Positions 51,085-61,440 of a stretch of 64,000 nucleotides of DNA are shown one piece after another; the stretch's first letter is position 1, and the number at the start of each line of letters is the position of its first letter. The stretch comes from Bacilli bacterium (GTDB lineage Bacteria; Bacillota_I; Bacilli_A; RFN20; CAG-826). The translations under genes and the position numbers were made by a program. Under the pieces are notes generated by a model. That model had not been told where the DNA came from. It saw nothing but the letters and a program-made list of their open reading frames with translations, and made no database searches. The DNA lies in NCBI GenBank assembly GCA_024408655.1, contig JAKSUV010000002.1:98159-162158 (forward strand). Direction: 5' to 3'.

Positions 51085-52590
51085 TTATTTAATTGTTCTA
51101 ACGAATTGTTCAATCCCCGTTTTTAATTTCTTTTCGATTTCCGCGGTTAATTCCTTTTGTTTATCTAAGGCCGCGACAACGGCTTTATGTGAAGTCGAAA
51201 TATAACTATATAAATCATCTAATAGTTCTAAGAGTGACGATGGTTTGACTTCATCAAAATAACCATTCTTCACCGCGTAAATTTCAATGACTTGGCGGCT
51301 ACATGGATAAGGTGAATATTGGGCTTGTTTTAACGTCTCCGTTAAAATGGCGCCGTGAGTTAAAATGCGTTTAGTTTCTTTATCAAGGTCACTACCAAAC
51401 TGCGAGAAACTTAATAATTCGCGGTAGTTAGCTAATTCAATCTTAAGTGACTTCGCCACTTGTTTCATCATTTTAAATTGGGCGTCACTACCAACCCGTG
51501 AGACGGATAACCCGGTATCAATTGCTGGACGTAAACCAGCGTTAAAATAATCAGTCACTAGGAAGATTTGTCCATCGGTAATCGAAATGATGTTAGTGGG
51601 AATATAACTAGAAATATCGCCCGCTTGGGTTTCGACAATTGGTAAAGCGGTAATACTTCCACCACCGTATTTCTTATCAAGCTTACATGCTCTTTCTAGT
51701 AAGCGCGAGTGGACATAGAAGATATCACCAGGATAGGCTTCACGTCCGGGTGATCTTTTTAAAAGTAGCGATAAAGTCCGATAGGCAACCGCGTGTTTAC
51801 TTAAATCGTCAAACACGACTAAAACATCTTCGCCATTTTCGAGCCACTCTTCGGCCATCGCCATCGCGCTATAGGGTGCAATATATTGAAGCGGCGCTAA
51901 TTCACTAGCCGCCGCGTTAATAATAACGGTATAACTCATCGCGTGGTGTTCTTTGAGCTTTTGATAAATACCCGCGACACTAGAATTCTTTTGCCCAATC
52001 GCGACATAAATACATTTCACGTTTTTGTCGCGTTGATTAATGATGGTATCAATGACAATCGCGGTTTTTCCTGTTTGCCGGTCACCAATAATTAATTCCC
52101 GTTGACCACGACCAATTGGGGTCATCGCGTCAATCGCTTTAATCCCGGTTTCTAATGGAGTATCAACTTTCTTCCGCGTCATAACGCTCGGCGCAATGCG
52201 TTCGATTGGCCGGTATTTCTTGGTTTTAATCGTAAGCCCGTTATCAAGTGGTACGCCAAGGGCGTTCACTACGCGGCCTAATAAGGCGTTGCCCACTGGC
52301 ACTTCCGTAACTTTATTGGTCCGTTTAACAATGTCACCCTCTTTAATTAATCGATCGTTACCAAACAAAGCGACACCAACGTGGTCGGGGTCAAGATTCA
52401 TGACCATGCCATAGATATCGTGCGGGAATAACAAAAGTTCCCCGAGCATCGCTTTATCAAGTCCATAAACAAGGGCAATCCCATCACCAACCGAAATCAC
52501 GGTGCCAACATCATTGGACTCAAGGGCATGGGAAAAATGTTTAATCTCTTCTTTAATGAGGGAAGAAATTTCGTTCGATTTAATTTTCAT
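51085..52590 (-). CDS. atpA: F0F1 ATP synthase subunit alpha
   Basis: GDRQTGKT Walker A, 501 aa. Confidence 0.92.
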   Translation of the reverse strand: MKIKSNEISSLIKEEIKHFSHALESNDVGTVISVGDGIALVYGLDKAMLGELLLFPHDIYGMVMNLDPDHVGVALFGNDRLIKEGDIVKRTNKVTEVPVGNALLGRVVNALGVPLDNGLTIKTKKYRPIERIAPSVMTRKKVDTPLETGIKAIDAMTPIGRGQRELIIGDRQTGKTAIVIDTIINQRDKNVKCIYVAIGQKNSSVAGIYQKLKEHHAMSYTVIINAAASELAPLQYIAPYSAMAMAEEWLENGEDVLVVFDDLSKHAVAYRTLSLLLKRSPGREAYPGDIFYVHSRLLERACKLDKKYGGGSITALPIVETQAGDISSYIPTNIISITDGQIFLVTDYFNAGLRPAIDTGLSVSRVGSDAQFKMMKQVAKSLKIELANYRELLSFSQFGSDLDKETKRILTHGAILTETLKQAQYSPYPCSRQVIEIYAVKNGYFDEVKPSSLLELLDDLYSYISTSHKAVVAALDKQKELTAEIEKKLKTGIEQFVRTIK

Positions 52591-52600
52591 CTGGACCTCC

Positions 52601-53131
52601 TTACGCTTTTAAGGCGCCGCGCATCGCCGTTAGTTCACTAGCAATTGAATAATCATAAACGTGGTTATTAATCACCACTTTGACACCACCAATCAAGGAA
52701 GGATCAATGCGGTTAATTAATTCCACGGCGTTCTTTTCTTTCGCACTTAAAGCGGTTTGAATTTCGTTTAACGCCTTCTCTTCTAGCGGCGTTGTTGAAT
52801 AAATAATGCCTTCAATTACGTGATTATTTTCGTTACATAACGAATTAAAGGCTTGGGCAATTTCTTGGTATTGAGATAGACGGTGATTTTGGATAAGCAC
52901 TTTAAGAAAATTCCTAATGGTTATCGGATAAGCGACATAAACTTTATCCACGACTTTTACCCGTTCTTCGTGAGTGACAAATTCACTTTTTAGAAGATGT
53001 AAAAGTTCCGGATGGGCCGCTAAGGATTTGGTTAGTGCCTTCATTTGCGCTTGGTAAAAAGCGATCTTCTTTTCTTCTTTTGCTAAGATAAAAAGCGCCT
53101 CAGCGTAACGCAACGCCACCGAATCTCTCAT
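52601..53131 (-). CDS. atpH: F0F1 ATP synthase subunit delta
   Basis: 176 aa. Operon position and OSCP-like sequence. Confidence 0.8.
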   Translation of the reverse strand: MRDSVALRYAEALFILAKEEKKIAFYQAQMKALTKSLAAHPELLHLLKSEFVTHEERVKVVDKVYVAYPITIRNFLKVLIQNHRLSQYQEIAQAFNSLCNENNHVIEGIIYSTTPLEEKALNEIQTALSAKEKNAVELINRIDPSLIGGVKVVINNHVYDYSIASELTAMRGALKA

Positions 53132-53670
53132 GCCGTTTTATTGTCCTCTTTTAAGTCGTGAATAAAGGCGTTAACGCGCTTCACGTTATCCTTTTTGTTC
53201 ACTTCTCGCGCTAAGATTTTTTCACTCGCGCTAAAAGCGATATCAACCATTTCGCGGTGAATCGCTGCTTCGCTTCTTTTCACTTCTTCGGCGATATTTT
53301 CTTGCGCCCGAAGCATTTCGTTTTTGGCATCAATTTTCGCTTTCGCAAGAATATCCGCGCGAACGTTTTCGGCATCGACTTTCGCTTGTTTAACCACACT
53401 TTTAGCTTCGCGGTAACTCGCGTTTAGTTTTTCATCCGCCTCTTTTAATAGCGCCTCACTTTTCACTTCGTTCGCCTTGGCTTGATCAATATTATTTTTC
53501 ACAAACTCGTTCCGTTTCGCGAGCAGTTTCTTCACTGGTTTATAAAACAGGAAAAAGACCACCACGAACAAAATAATGAACGCGAGAAGTTGTGTAATAA
53601 AGGGCCAAAACGTCGGAATGATGTTCGGCAAAATTGACTCGGGGTCAATTGGTGATGAACCGTTTATCAT
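53128..53670 (-). CDS. atpF: F0F1 ATP synthase subunit b
   Basis: N-terminal TM plus a long coiled coil. Start at MINGSS with an AAGAGG SD; the ORF extension overlaps atpE. Confidence 0.8.
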   Translation of the reverse strand: MINGSSPIDPESILPNIIPTFWPFITQLLAFIILFVVVFFLFYKPVKKLLAKRNEFVKNNIDQAKANEVKSEALLKEADEKLNASYREAKSVVKQAKVDAENVRADILAKAKIDAKNEMLRAQENIAEEVKRSEAAIHREMVDIAFSASEKILAREVNKKDNVKRVNAFIHDLKEDNKTA

Positions 53671-53675
53671 AACCC

Positions 53676-53906
53676 TTAGCCTCTTAAAACAAAGATAATT
53701 AAGATAGCGACAAGCAATGAATAAATACCGCACGTTTCATCGAGCGCGATACCCACGATCATGTTCGAGCGTAATTTGCTCGCCATTTCGGGGTTCCGAT
53801 ACATACCCTCGATTGCTTTTGAAGCAATCATGCCTTCACCAATGGAGCTACAGCCAGCGCTGATCATAGCGATACCAGCACCGATTGCGATTAGACCAAC
53901 ATCCAT
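53676..53906 (-). CDS. atpE: F0F1 ATP synthase subunit c
   Basis: 76 aa two-helix hairpin with GGAGG SD. Confidence 0.85.
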   Translation of the reverse strand: MDVGLIAIGAGIAMISAGCSSIGEGMIASKAIEGMYRNPEMASKLRSNMIVGIALDETCGIYSLLVAILIIFVLRG

Positions 53907-53929
53907 AAGTTTTCCTCCTTTTTCTTTTT

Positions 53930-54709
53930 TTACGCAAGAGCTAGGCGCTCTTCCGCTTTTATTTCTTCAGGTTTCTCTTGTGCTACAAACAGCATCGAGA
54001 GAAACATAAAGACCAATGTTTGAATCGCTCCGGAGAACACGTCAAAGTAGGCGTGTAACATAGGCGCCACGAGGGGAGCGATAAAGATTGACCCCGGGCC
54101 CGCCGCTAAATTCGCAAAAATTAAATTTGATAAAGATCCACACGCCCAATAGACAATACTCATGAGCACCCAGCCCGCAAAGGCGTTACCAAAAAGCCGT
54201 AAAGTTAAGCTAAGTAACGGCGCCCACATACTTAATAAGTTGATGGGTAAGAAAGCCGGGATTGGATCAACGTAACGTTTAAAATAACTCCACTTCGTAT
54301 ATTTAATACTCGTCACGTGAATCATCGTGAAAGTACAAAGCGCTAAGGATAAAGGAACACCTAAGTAAGTTAAAGGGTTACCTAGACTCGTTTGCCCACC
54401 ATCTAAGGGATTAGGGAAACTCACAATACCAAGGATAAACGAAGTAAAGATAAATAAGGCAATCGCTAAAACATACGCCCCGAAATTCGGGAAACTCTTT
54501 CCCATGTTTTCGTCGACTAAACCATCAACTTTCTCCACCGCGATTTCGGCTATGGCGAGTAAGCCTTTTGGTTTTTTAAGCGGATCAGCGCGTTTCGCTA
54601 GAATAAAGACCACAATGCATAAGACAATCAAAAGTCCGATGATGATATAGGACATCAAAATCGGTCCAGGAATTGTGAAATCAAAAAAGTGGTCGAAGAT
54701 TTCTTGCAT
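53930..54709 (-). CDS. atpB: F0F1 ATP synthase subunit a
   Basis: 259 aa, 5-6 TMs, with the conserved Arg-containing C-terminal helix region. Confidence 0.85.
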   Translation of the reverse strand: MQEIFDHFFDFTIPGPILMSYIIIGLLIVLCIVVFILAKRADPLKKPKGLLAIAEIAVEKVDGLVDENMGKSFPNFGAYVLAIALFIFTSFILGIVSFPNPLDGGQTSLGNPLTYLGVPLSLALCTFTMIHVTSIKYTKWSYFKRYVDPIPAFLPINLLSMWAPLLSLTLRLFGNAFAGWVLMSIVYWACGSLSNLIFANLAAGPGSIFIAPLVAPMLHAYFDVFSGAIQTLVFMFLSMLFVAQEKPEEIKAEERLALA

Positions 54710-54711
54710 AG

Positions 54712-55140
54712 TTATTTTTTCGTTGGTGTTGGTGTATCCTCATCCTCGTGATAGAAAATTAATAAGATTAATGAACCTGGTAAAACACTCGCGGCGCAGG
54801 TAAAGACTGACCAATCAAACACCACAAAATCTTTTGGGGTTACATATTGAGCGACCGCACAAGCCACTAACGCTCCACCAATAATTAAAAAGCGGAAAGC
54901 GTAATAGGCTAAGGAAATACCTAAACCAGAATTACGTTTTGATGATTCGGTAATTGCGTCTCCAGTCTTGAATAAAAGGAACATATTGAGAAAAGTAACT
55001 AAACAACCAATACCCCAACCAAGGGTTAAACCCCAAAGTTTCGTGAGACTCGAGACAATTAAAAAGATGAGTAAAATCGAAAAATTAAAAACGCTTAAAA
55101 TTAATAAGCATCTTTGCTCAGGAGTAAATTTTTTCTTCAT
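54712..55140 (-). CDS. atpI: AtpI-like small membrane protein
   Basis: 142 aa, 4 TMs, immediately upstream of atpB. Confidence 0.6.
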   Translation of the reverse strand: MKKKFTPEQRCLLILSVFNFSILLIFLIVSSLTKLWGLTLGWGIGCLVTFLNMFLLFKTGDAITESSKRNSGLGISLAYYAFRFLIIGGALVACAVAQYVTPKDFVVFDWSVFTCAASVLPGSLILLIFYHEDEDTPTPTKK

Positions 55141-56339
55141 AGTAAATGTTTCTCCAGTGTGGCGGTTTCAATAATGCCATCTTTATATTTCACATCAATT
55201 TCGCCTTGAATTAACGGGCGGAGATATTTTTTAAAGGCATCGGTCATACCGGTTTTTCCACCAATCATTTCAAAGGGGATCGTCTTTTCAACGTTGGCGA
55301 TTTTCGCGATGTCCATTAATTTATATTCGACCGTATAAGGATTACTACTCTTACGAATGATACATACCATCTTACCGGTTTCACCTTTAAGAGCGGATTC
55401 AAACGCGACCTTTGAACAAGCAATCGCTTCATCGTGATCGACTTTACTCGCTAAAATCGAATCAGCGCGTTGGATTAAGCTTAATTCAATTGAACGAGTG
55501 GGAAGATTTAGTTTATCTTCGACAATTTTCGCTAACGCATCACCCGCACCACCGAGTTGAACATGGTTAAACGCGTCAACCCGCGCCGCGGAAGTATCGC
55601 GTTCAAAATGAATACCTTCACTAATGGAGACAATACAATGGCCTTTCCGGTCATAGGTTTCTTTTACGTCTTTTAGGAATTGTTCCATATTGAAGGAATT
55701 TTCAGGAAGATACATATAATCGGGACGAGAGCCGGCGGGTAATAAGTCCACGCTCGCTGCTAACCAGCCAGCGTTCCGGCCCATAATTTCGATAATGAAG
55801 ACCTTACCGCGTTTATAACAACGTGCATCGGTACAAATTTGTTTAACGTTATTAATAACTGATTTAGCCGCGCTTGGAAAGCCTACGCAGTGATCGGTTA
55901 CGGCTAAGTCGTTATCAATCGTTTTTGGAATACCCATTACTTTGATATCGAGTTTTAGTTCTTTACATAGAACGCTTAATTTATGGCAGGTATCCATTGA
56001 ATCGTTACCGCCGTTAACGAAAATATAGCCAATGTTATATTTTTGAACCGTACAAAGAATTTTTTGATAAATCGGATCTTTAATATCTTTCGGTAATTTA
56101 TAACGCGTGGTGCCTAAAGCCGCCCCAGGTGTTTGTTGTAATAGTTCAATAGTTTCATCTTTTTCTTTATTTAAATCGATAATTTTATTATCAATTAATC
56201 CTTCAATACCGTTCAATGAACCATAAATAGCGCTAATTTCGTCAGGATGCTTTTTCGCTTCCTTAATAACGCCATAAAGTGATGTGTTAATCACCGCGGT
56301 TGGGCCACCTGATTGAATATAAACTAATGCTTTTCCCAT
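55137..56339 (-). CDS. pfp: pyrophosphate-dependent 6-phosphofructokinase
   Basis: 400 aa. GGNDS (Asp at the Gly104-equivalent) and PKTIDND (Lys at the Gly124-equivalent), the diagnostic signature of PPi-PFKs. Stop overlaps the atpI start (ATGA). Confidence 0.8.
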   Translation of the reverse strand: MGKALVYIQSGGPTAVINTSLYGVIKEAKKHPDEISAIYGSLNGIEGLIDNKIIDLNKEKDETIELLQQTPGAALGTTRYKLPKDIKDPIYQKILCTVQKYNIGYIFVNGGNDSMDTCHKLSVLCKELKLDIKVMGIPKTIDNDLAVTDHCVGFPSAAKSVINNVKQICTDARCYKRGKVFIIEIMGRNAGWLAASVDLLPAGSRPDYMYLPENSFNMEQFLKDVKETYDRKGHCIVSISEGIHFERDTSAARVDAFNHVQLGGAGDALAKIVEDKLNLPTRSIELSLIQRADSILASKVDHDEAIACSKVAFESALKGETGKMVCIIRKSSNPYTVEYKLMDIAKIANVEKTIPFEMIGGKTGMTDAFKKYLRPLIQGEIDVKYKDGIIETATLEKHLL

Positions 56340-56385
56340 ATTTTTCCCCTTTTTTAAAAATTGGAAACAATTTTCCTTAATAATT

Positions 56386-56414
56386 ATTCTAGTAAGAATA
56401 AGTTATTAAAGCAA
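56386..56414 (-). promoter_or_regulatory. promoter for pfp-atp operon (-35 TTGCTT, 17 bp, -10 TAGAAT)
   Basis: Read on the minus strand within the 90-nt gap upstream of pfp. Confidence 0.45.
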
Positions 56415-56429
56415 TAAAAAGTCATTAAT

Positions 56430-57665
56430 TTAATGATTTTTTGTTTCTTGGTAGTACCAGTAATTCACGATGAACGATCTTTCAAAGCGAACTTTGACTG
56501 GATGTTTTAGTGGGCGAAGTTCGTTTTGTTTAAACAAGTAACCAGGTAAAACAATCTTTTCTTCACGCATAAACTTGATGTCGTCCATTTTGATTAAATA
56601 GAGCTTGCGGTCAATATCGATTTTGCCTTGATCATTGGATTTATTAACGTAATTTTTGACATTATTAACATTGACATTTTTTAATCGAATCGCGTAATAA
56701 AACTGCGGTTTACCAGCTTCATAGATATTTTGTCCACAGCCAAGAAAGTGAATATCAACATCCGCTAACTTAATTAATTCCTTTTTTAGCGGTAAACGCT
56801 TAAACATTTTTGTAAAGATAACATCGCGCGTTAAGAAATCGCCATCAAAGTTGATGCCGCTGATATCGCCTGCTTGTAAGCCACACGCGATGGATGAAGT
56901 AACTTTATTTTTCGAAATAGTCGCGGTGATTGAACGACGTGGGACAAATAAATATCCATCCGCGGTAATAACTAACGCGTTTAGACCAATGTGATTAGAA
57001 AATTTCGATTTACTAAGCGGGCTAATTAAAGGACCATGTTCATAAATATCCCGCAAGGAGAAACTATTATCAATTTGGTAATCGGCCGCCCGATTAGTGA
57101 GTAAATGATTAAAATAGTTAGTCCGTGATGTATAGAAAGTCGCTACTCCTTCGTTCACTTGATAATCATCCAAACGAACCATGTCTTCAAACGCTTTCTC
57201 CGAATTAAGGTGAGCGCTAAAAAGTTGCGAAGCACTATTAGCGATTAAATCGGTCAGTTCAAAATTATTTTCGTTTTTATCCGCCACTTTAAAACTTAGA
57301 TGGCTAGCTTCGTTTGGAGCAATTAACGGATGATATAAAAAGGTCGTTTTTTCGCCATTTAACGTTAATGTTTTAAGATAAGAAGGATCATATTTATAGG
57401 TCGATAATAACGTTTTTGTATCGCACGACACTTTTTCTGAATCTTCAAGGTTGGCTAAAAAATTTGAAAGAATCGGTAGAAAGATTGAAGTGCAGAAAAC
57501 CGCTAAGAAAGAACCAACAATTGTTTCCCAGACCGCGTCACTTTTTAAACCATAAATTAGTAAGAGAATACAAGCGACAATGACAATACATAAAAGAAGC
57601 GAAAGGACGCGATTCCGCTTACGTGTTTTGCCTCTAAAAAAATGGAAAACCTTATTAAATATCAT
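56430..57665 (-). CDS. hypothetical membrane-anchored protein (2 N-terminal TMs + ~330 aa domain)
   Basis: No recognisable motifs. Start overlaps the Gfo/Idh/MocA stop. Confidence 0.5.
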   Translation of the reverse strand: MIFNKVFHFFRGKTRKRNRVLSLLLCIVIVACILLLIYGLKSDAVWETIVGSFLAVFCTSIFLPILSNFLANLEDSEKVSCDTKTLLSTYKYDPSYLKTLTLNGEKTTFLYHPLIAPNEASHLSFKVADKNENNFELTDLIANSASQLFSAHLNSEKAFEDMVRLDDYQVNEGVATFYTSRTNYFNHLLTNRAADYQIDNSFSLRDIYEHGPLISPLSKSKFSNHIGLNALVITADGYLFVPRRSITATISKNKVTSSIACGLQAGDISGINFDGDFLTRDVIFTKMFKRLPLKKELIKLADVDIHFLGCGQNIYEAGKPQFYYAIRLKNVNVNNVKNYVNKSNDQGKIDIDRKLYLIKMDDIKFMREEKIVLPGYLFKQNELRPLKHPVKVRFERSFIVNYWYYQETKNH

Positions 57666-58570
57666 CGTGAACCCCTTTGATTAATTTTAAGTAAATAATC
57701 ATGAATAACCTTGGACTCTTGATAGTTATCAACACCAGTAAAATTAGTGAAAAAATTATAATAATGACGGTCAAGGCGAATCATCTTGTCACACTTAATA
57801 ACCTTTTTGCCATCAATAATCATTTGTTTGGAATGGTTAATTGTGATGAGACGATTAGCGTATTTAACCTGGGATATTTTTTCATTTTTATGTTTAGTCC
57901 AATCAATTGTAAATTTAATCTTTAATCGATCGATTGTTCCGATAAAAGCGGCTTTAATTGGTAAATGCGCATTTTTTGCATACTTAAATTTAACATCATT
58001 AATTTTTAAACTTTTAAACGGGGTGAACAATTTAATAAACGATAAAATATTAATCCCCGAATCGATAAAAGCGCCTTCAAGTGGCAACCGGTCCTGATCG
58101 ATAGTTTTCCCATCTTTTGAATAAGGGTCAAAGACGGTCGTAGTAACTTCACTAATTTTATCTAAACGATAATGACGTAAAAATTCTTTCACTTCTTGCC
58201 CGTTTTGCCAGTGAAAAACTGTTGTTACACTCACGTGGTGTTTTTTCGCCAACTTTTCAATGATAGAAAAATGCTTTTTGTCGAGGAAAATCGGCTTTTC
58301 AATAAGAACATTAATTTTGGCCTGAATGGCCTTTTTAGCGATTGCAAAATGAGTCGCGGGTGGTGTCGCAATTAAAACATAATCGGGTTTTCCGTTTTTA
58401 ATAAGCGCATCGACCGATTGATAATATGGCGAACCTTTATATAACTTGCGGGCCACCGCTTTGGGATTGATATCGCACACCATAATCTCATCAAAAAAGC
58501 GAGAATTACTTAATCCGCGGTAATAATGCGTCGCAATTGTGCCAAGACCAATAATCCCAATGGTGCTCAT
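57662..58570 (-). CDS. Gfo/Idh/MocA-family NAD(P)-dependent oxidoreductase
   Basis: N-terminal Rossmann (IGIIGLGTIA) and the EKP motif. Confidence 0.75.
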   Translation of the reverse strand: MSTIGIIGLGTIATHYYRGLSNSRFFDEIMVCDINPKAVARKLYKGSPYYQSVDALIKNGKPDYVLIATPPATHFAIAKKAIQAKINVLIEKPIFLDKKHFSIIEKLAKKHHVSVTTVFHWQNGQEVKEFLRHYRLDKISEVTTTVFDPYSKDGKTIDQDRLPLEGAFIDSGINILSFIKLFTPFKSLKINDVKFKYAKNAHLPIKAAFIGTIDRLKIKFTIDWTKHKNEKISQVKYANRLITINHSKQMIIDGKKVIKCDKMIRLDRHYYNFFTNFTGVDNYQESKVIHDYLLKINQRGSR

Positions 58571-58582
58571 AAATTAATTAAG

Positions 58583-58659
58583 TGGTACCCTCTAGGCGAT
58601 TCGAACGCCTGACCTACGGCTTAGAAGGCCGTTGCTCTATCCAGCTGAGCTAAGAGGGC
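58583..58659 (-). tRNA. tRNA-Arg (TCT)
   Basis: 77 nt. Anticodon loop CTTCTAA, T-loop TTCGAAT, G1-U72, encoded CCA. Confidence 0.85.
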
Positions 58660-58699
58660 ATCGCTATATAACTATAAAATCATTAAAGTGATATTTCAA

Positions 58700-60433
58700 T
58701 TATTTGTGTAGGCGTTCGTAGAGAATTTTCGCGACACTCGCTGAGAGAATTTGGCATAGTTCTTGTTCGCTCGCCTTAGTTAAATCATCAATCGTTTGGT
58801 ATTGCTTCATTAAGACTTCTAAACGCTTCTTACCTAAACCGGGAATATCATCAAATATCGACTTAAACATCCGCTTACTTCTTTGCTCTTTATGGAAAGA
58901 AATCGCAAAGCGATGGACTTCATCTTGCATCCGCATTAATAGTAAAAATAATGGCGATTCATGGTTAAGCGGATAAATCTTTCCCCGCTGGTCAATAATG
59001 CCCCGCGTTTGGTGTTTATCGTCTTTATATAAGCCGAAAATCGGGAACGAATATTTTTCTTTAATCGCTCTTAGTTGCGGTAACCCGCCATCAAGTAGTA
59101 ATAAATCCGGGAACGGTTGTTTTTCTTCTTTTAATCGTTTGTAGCGACGCGCCACCACTTCGCGCATACTCGCAAAATCATCGTTACCTTGTCCTTCGAT
59201 ATGGTATTTCCGGTACATCTTTTTATTCGGTCGACCATTAATATAAACCACTAACGCACTCACCGGATCACTCCCTTGAAGATGCGAGTTATCAAATAAT
59301 TCAATATGATACGGTGTATCAATTTTTAATAACTTGCCAAGTTCCACTAATAAATCAAGGTTATTATCGGTTAAACGGGCACTCATAAAATGCTTGTCAA
59401 GACTATCTTTCGCGTTATTTTCCGCCACAAGAATAGCTTCATAAATCGCCCCGCGCTTCGTGCTGACCACTTTCGTTAAGAACATTGTTTCTAATTCTTT
59501 AGTATTAGTTAAATTAACCGCAATCATTTTTGGTACTTCACGGTCTTGATAATATTGTTCAATCAAGTGGATAATTTCGTCTTCGTTATTAAAGAAAGTT
59601 GGCACAATATAAGCGTTTTTACCAAGTAAAGTGGCGTTACGGTAAGTAAGCACCGCTAAACATAAATAACCATCGCGGTGAGAATAGGCAAAAACATCTA
59701 GTGATTTAAACATCGGATTTTCCATCACTTGTTTTTCGCTCACCTTATCAATTGCTTGAAGGAGTTTCTTATATTCGTTTGCTTGTTCATACCGTTCTTC
59801 TTCACTCGCCGTAAGCATTTTTTGTTTAATTTCGTTTTTAATTGCCTGGTTATTGCCTTCTAAAAACGAACGAATATCGTTCACCATTTTTTGGTAAACA
59901 TCCGGATTAACCGCATGAACACACGGGGCTAAACATTGCCCTAATTCCTTATATAAACACGGCACTTTCGGTAAAGTCCGGCACTTCCGTAGCGGGAATA
60001 ATTTATTGAGCATATCAATCACCTGATACGCCGCTCCACTATTCGGATATGGTCCAAAATAATAGAACTTATTGTCATTGCGATTACGCGCAATTTTTAA
60101 CAGCGGATTATGATTTTTCGCTAACGCGATATAAGGATAATGCGAGTCATCTTTAAGCAAAATGTTATAACGCGGCAGATGCTCGTGAATTAGATTCATT
60201 TCTAAAATTAACGCTTCTTTTTCCGTCTTAGTGAGAATATAAGAAAAGTGATCAACGTGCATCACCATCGCCGCTACTTTCCCGGTTTGGGGACGTAAGA
60301 AATATTGGCTCACTCGTTTATATAAATCTTTGGCTTTTCCGATATAAATAATCTTGTTCTTTTTATCAAACATTTGATAAACACCGCTTTGATGCGGGAT
60401 TAACGGGATTGCAACTTTAACTTTGTTATTCAC
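58700..60433 (-). CDS. uvrC: excinuclease ABC subunit C
   Basis: 577 aa with N-terminal GIY-YIG (GVYQM...IIYIGKA) and a C-terminal Endo V/HhH domain. Confidence 0.9.
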   Translation of the reverse strand: MNNKVKVAIPLIPHQSGVYQMFDKKNKIIYIGKAKDLYKRVSQYFLRPQTGKVAAMVMHVDHFSYILTKTEKEALILEMNLIHEHLPRYNILLKDDSHYPYIALAKNHNPLLKIARNRNDNKFYYFGPYPNSGAAYQVIDMLNKLFPLRKCRTLPKVPCLYKELGQCLAPCVHAVNPDVYQKMVNDIRSFLEGNNQAIKNEIKQKMLTASEEERYEQANEYKKLLQAIDKVSEKQVMENPMFKSLDVFAYSHRDGYLCLAVLTYRNATLLGKNAYIVPTFFNNEDEIIHLIEQYYQDREVPKMIAVNLTNTKELETMFLTKVVSTKRGAIYEAILVAENNAKDSLDKHFMSARLTDNNLDLLVELGKLLKIDTPYHIELFDNSHLQGSDPVSALVVYINGRPNKKMYRKYHIEGQGNDDFASMREVVARRYKRLKEEKQPFPDLLLLDGGLPQLRAIKEKYSFPIFGLYKDDKHQTRGIIDQRGKIYPLNHESPLFLLLMRMQDEVHRFAISFHKEQRSKRMFKSIFDDIPGLGKKRLEVLMKQYQTIDDLTKASEQELCQILSASVAKILYERLHK

Positions 60434-60501
60434 GTAAATAATATTACAATAGAAATGATATTTATGCGAAAACTCCGTGCTAGTAGCGCGGTAACTAATT
60501 T

Positions 60502-61440
60502 ATGAATATTTCGTTAAAAATCAGTGAAGAACTCCTTACCATTATTAAGCGGAAATACCACCGCTATCAATTAACTAATCCCATGGAATACGCGGTCTTT
60601 TTTGCGAAAGTTGATGCCGCGACAATTACCGTTTATAAGTCACCCAAAAAACCACTTTACTCTTTAACCATTGGCGGAAAAAGTGAAGCCAATATTGAGA
60701 AAATTCTTCACGAATTAGGCATTGATGAATACGACCAAGTTGAAGCAGAAAAAGTTGCCCAAATGAAACCACAAAAAGTCAGTAAAAACTTTGTTTTTAA
60801 CGATGACCAAATTGGTAGTGATGAAGTGGGAACCGGCGATTTCTTTGGTCCGGTTACAGTTGTCGCCGCGCTCGTTAAAAAAACTGACATTAAACGGTTA
60901 AAAGAATTAGGCGTCATGGATTCAAAAAAAATAACCGACGAAAAGATTAAAGCTATCGGAAAAATCGTCATTAAAGAATTCCCTTATTCTTCTTTAACCC
61001 TTGATAATGTGAAATATAACGAACTAACTTTAAAGAAGGGTTTTAACGAAAACAAAATCAAAGCCTATCTTCATAACCGGGCGCTATGTAATCTCCACCG
61101 CCGCTATCCCAAAATTAATAACATCTATGTCGATGAATTTGTCGCCGCAAAAAATTATTATCGTTATTTAAGTAGTGAGAAAAATGTTGAACGTGATATT
61201 TATTTCCACGCGAAAGGAGAAAGCTATTTCCCTAGTGTCGCTCTCGCTAGCGTAATCGCTCGTTATTCCTTCCTTCTCCATATGGAGAAATTATCCCGTA
61301 AATATCACACTGATCTTCCCTTTGGTGCTGGTAAACACGTTGAGGAATTCGCTAAACAATTTGTGCAAGAACACGGTGTCAAAGAATTAGATAAAATTGT
61401 GAAAAAACATTTCACGACTTATCAGCGCGTTATTAGTTAA
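60502..61440 (+). CDS. rnhC: ribonuclease HIII
   Basis: 312 aa. N-terminal TBP-like domain plus the RNase HII-fold catalytic domain (DEVGTGDFFGPV). Confidence 0.85.
   Translation: MNISLKISEELLTIIKRKYHRYQLTNPMEYAVFFAKVDAATITVYKSPKKPLYSLTIGGKSEANIEKILHELGIDEYDQVEAEKVAQMKPQKVSKNFVFNDDQIGSDEVGTGDFFGPVTVVAALVKKTDIKRLKELGVMDSKKITDEKIKAIGKIVIKEFPYSSLTLDNVKYNELTLKKGFNENKIKAYLHNRALCNLHRRYPKINNIYVDEFVAAKNYYRYLSSEKNVERDIYFHAKGESYFPSVALASVIARYSFLLHMEKLSRKYHTDLPFGAGKHVEEFAKQFVQEHGVKELDKIVKKHFTTYQRVIS

Noticed and set aside
53676-53733. Apparent overlap of the atpE and atpF ORFs
   Set aside because: It is caused by the N-terminal extension of the atpF ORF. Using the internal ATG at 53670, with an AAGAGG SD, gives a normal 5-nt gap.
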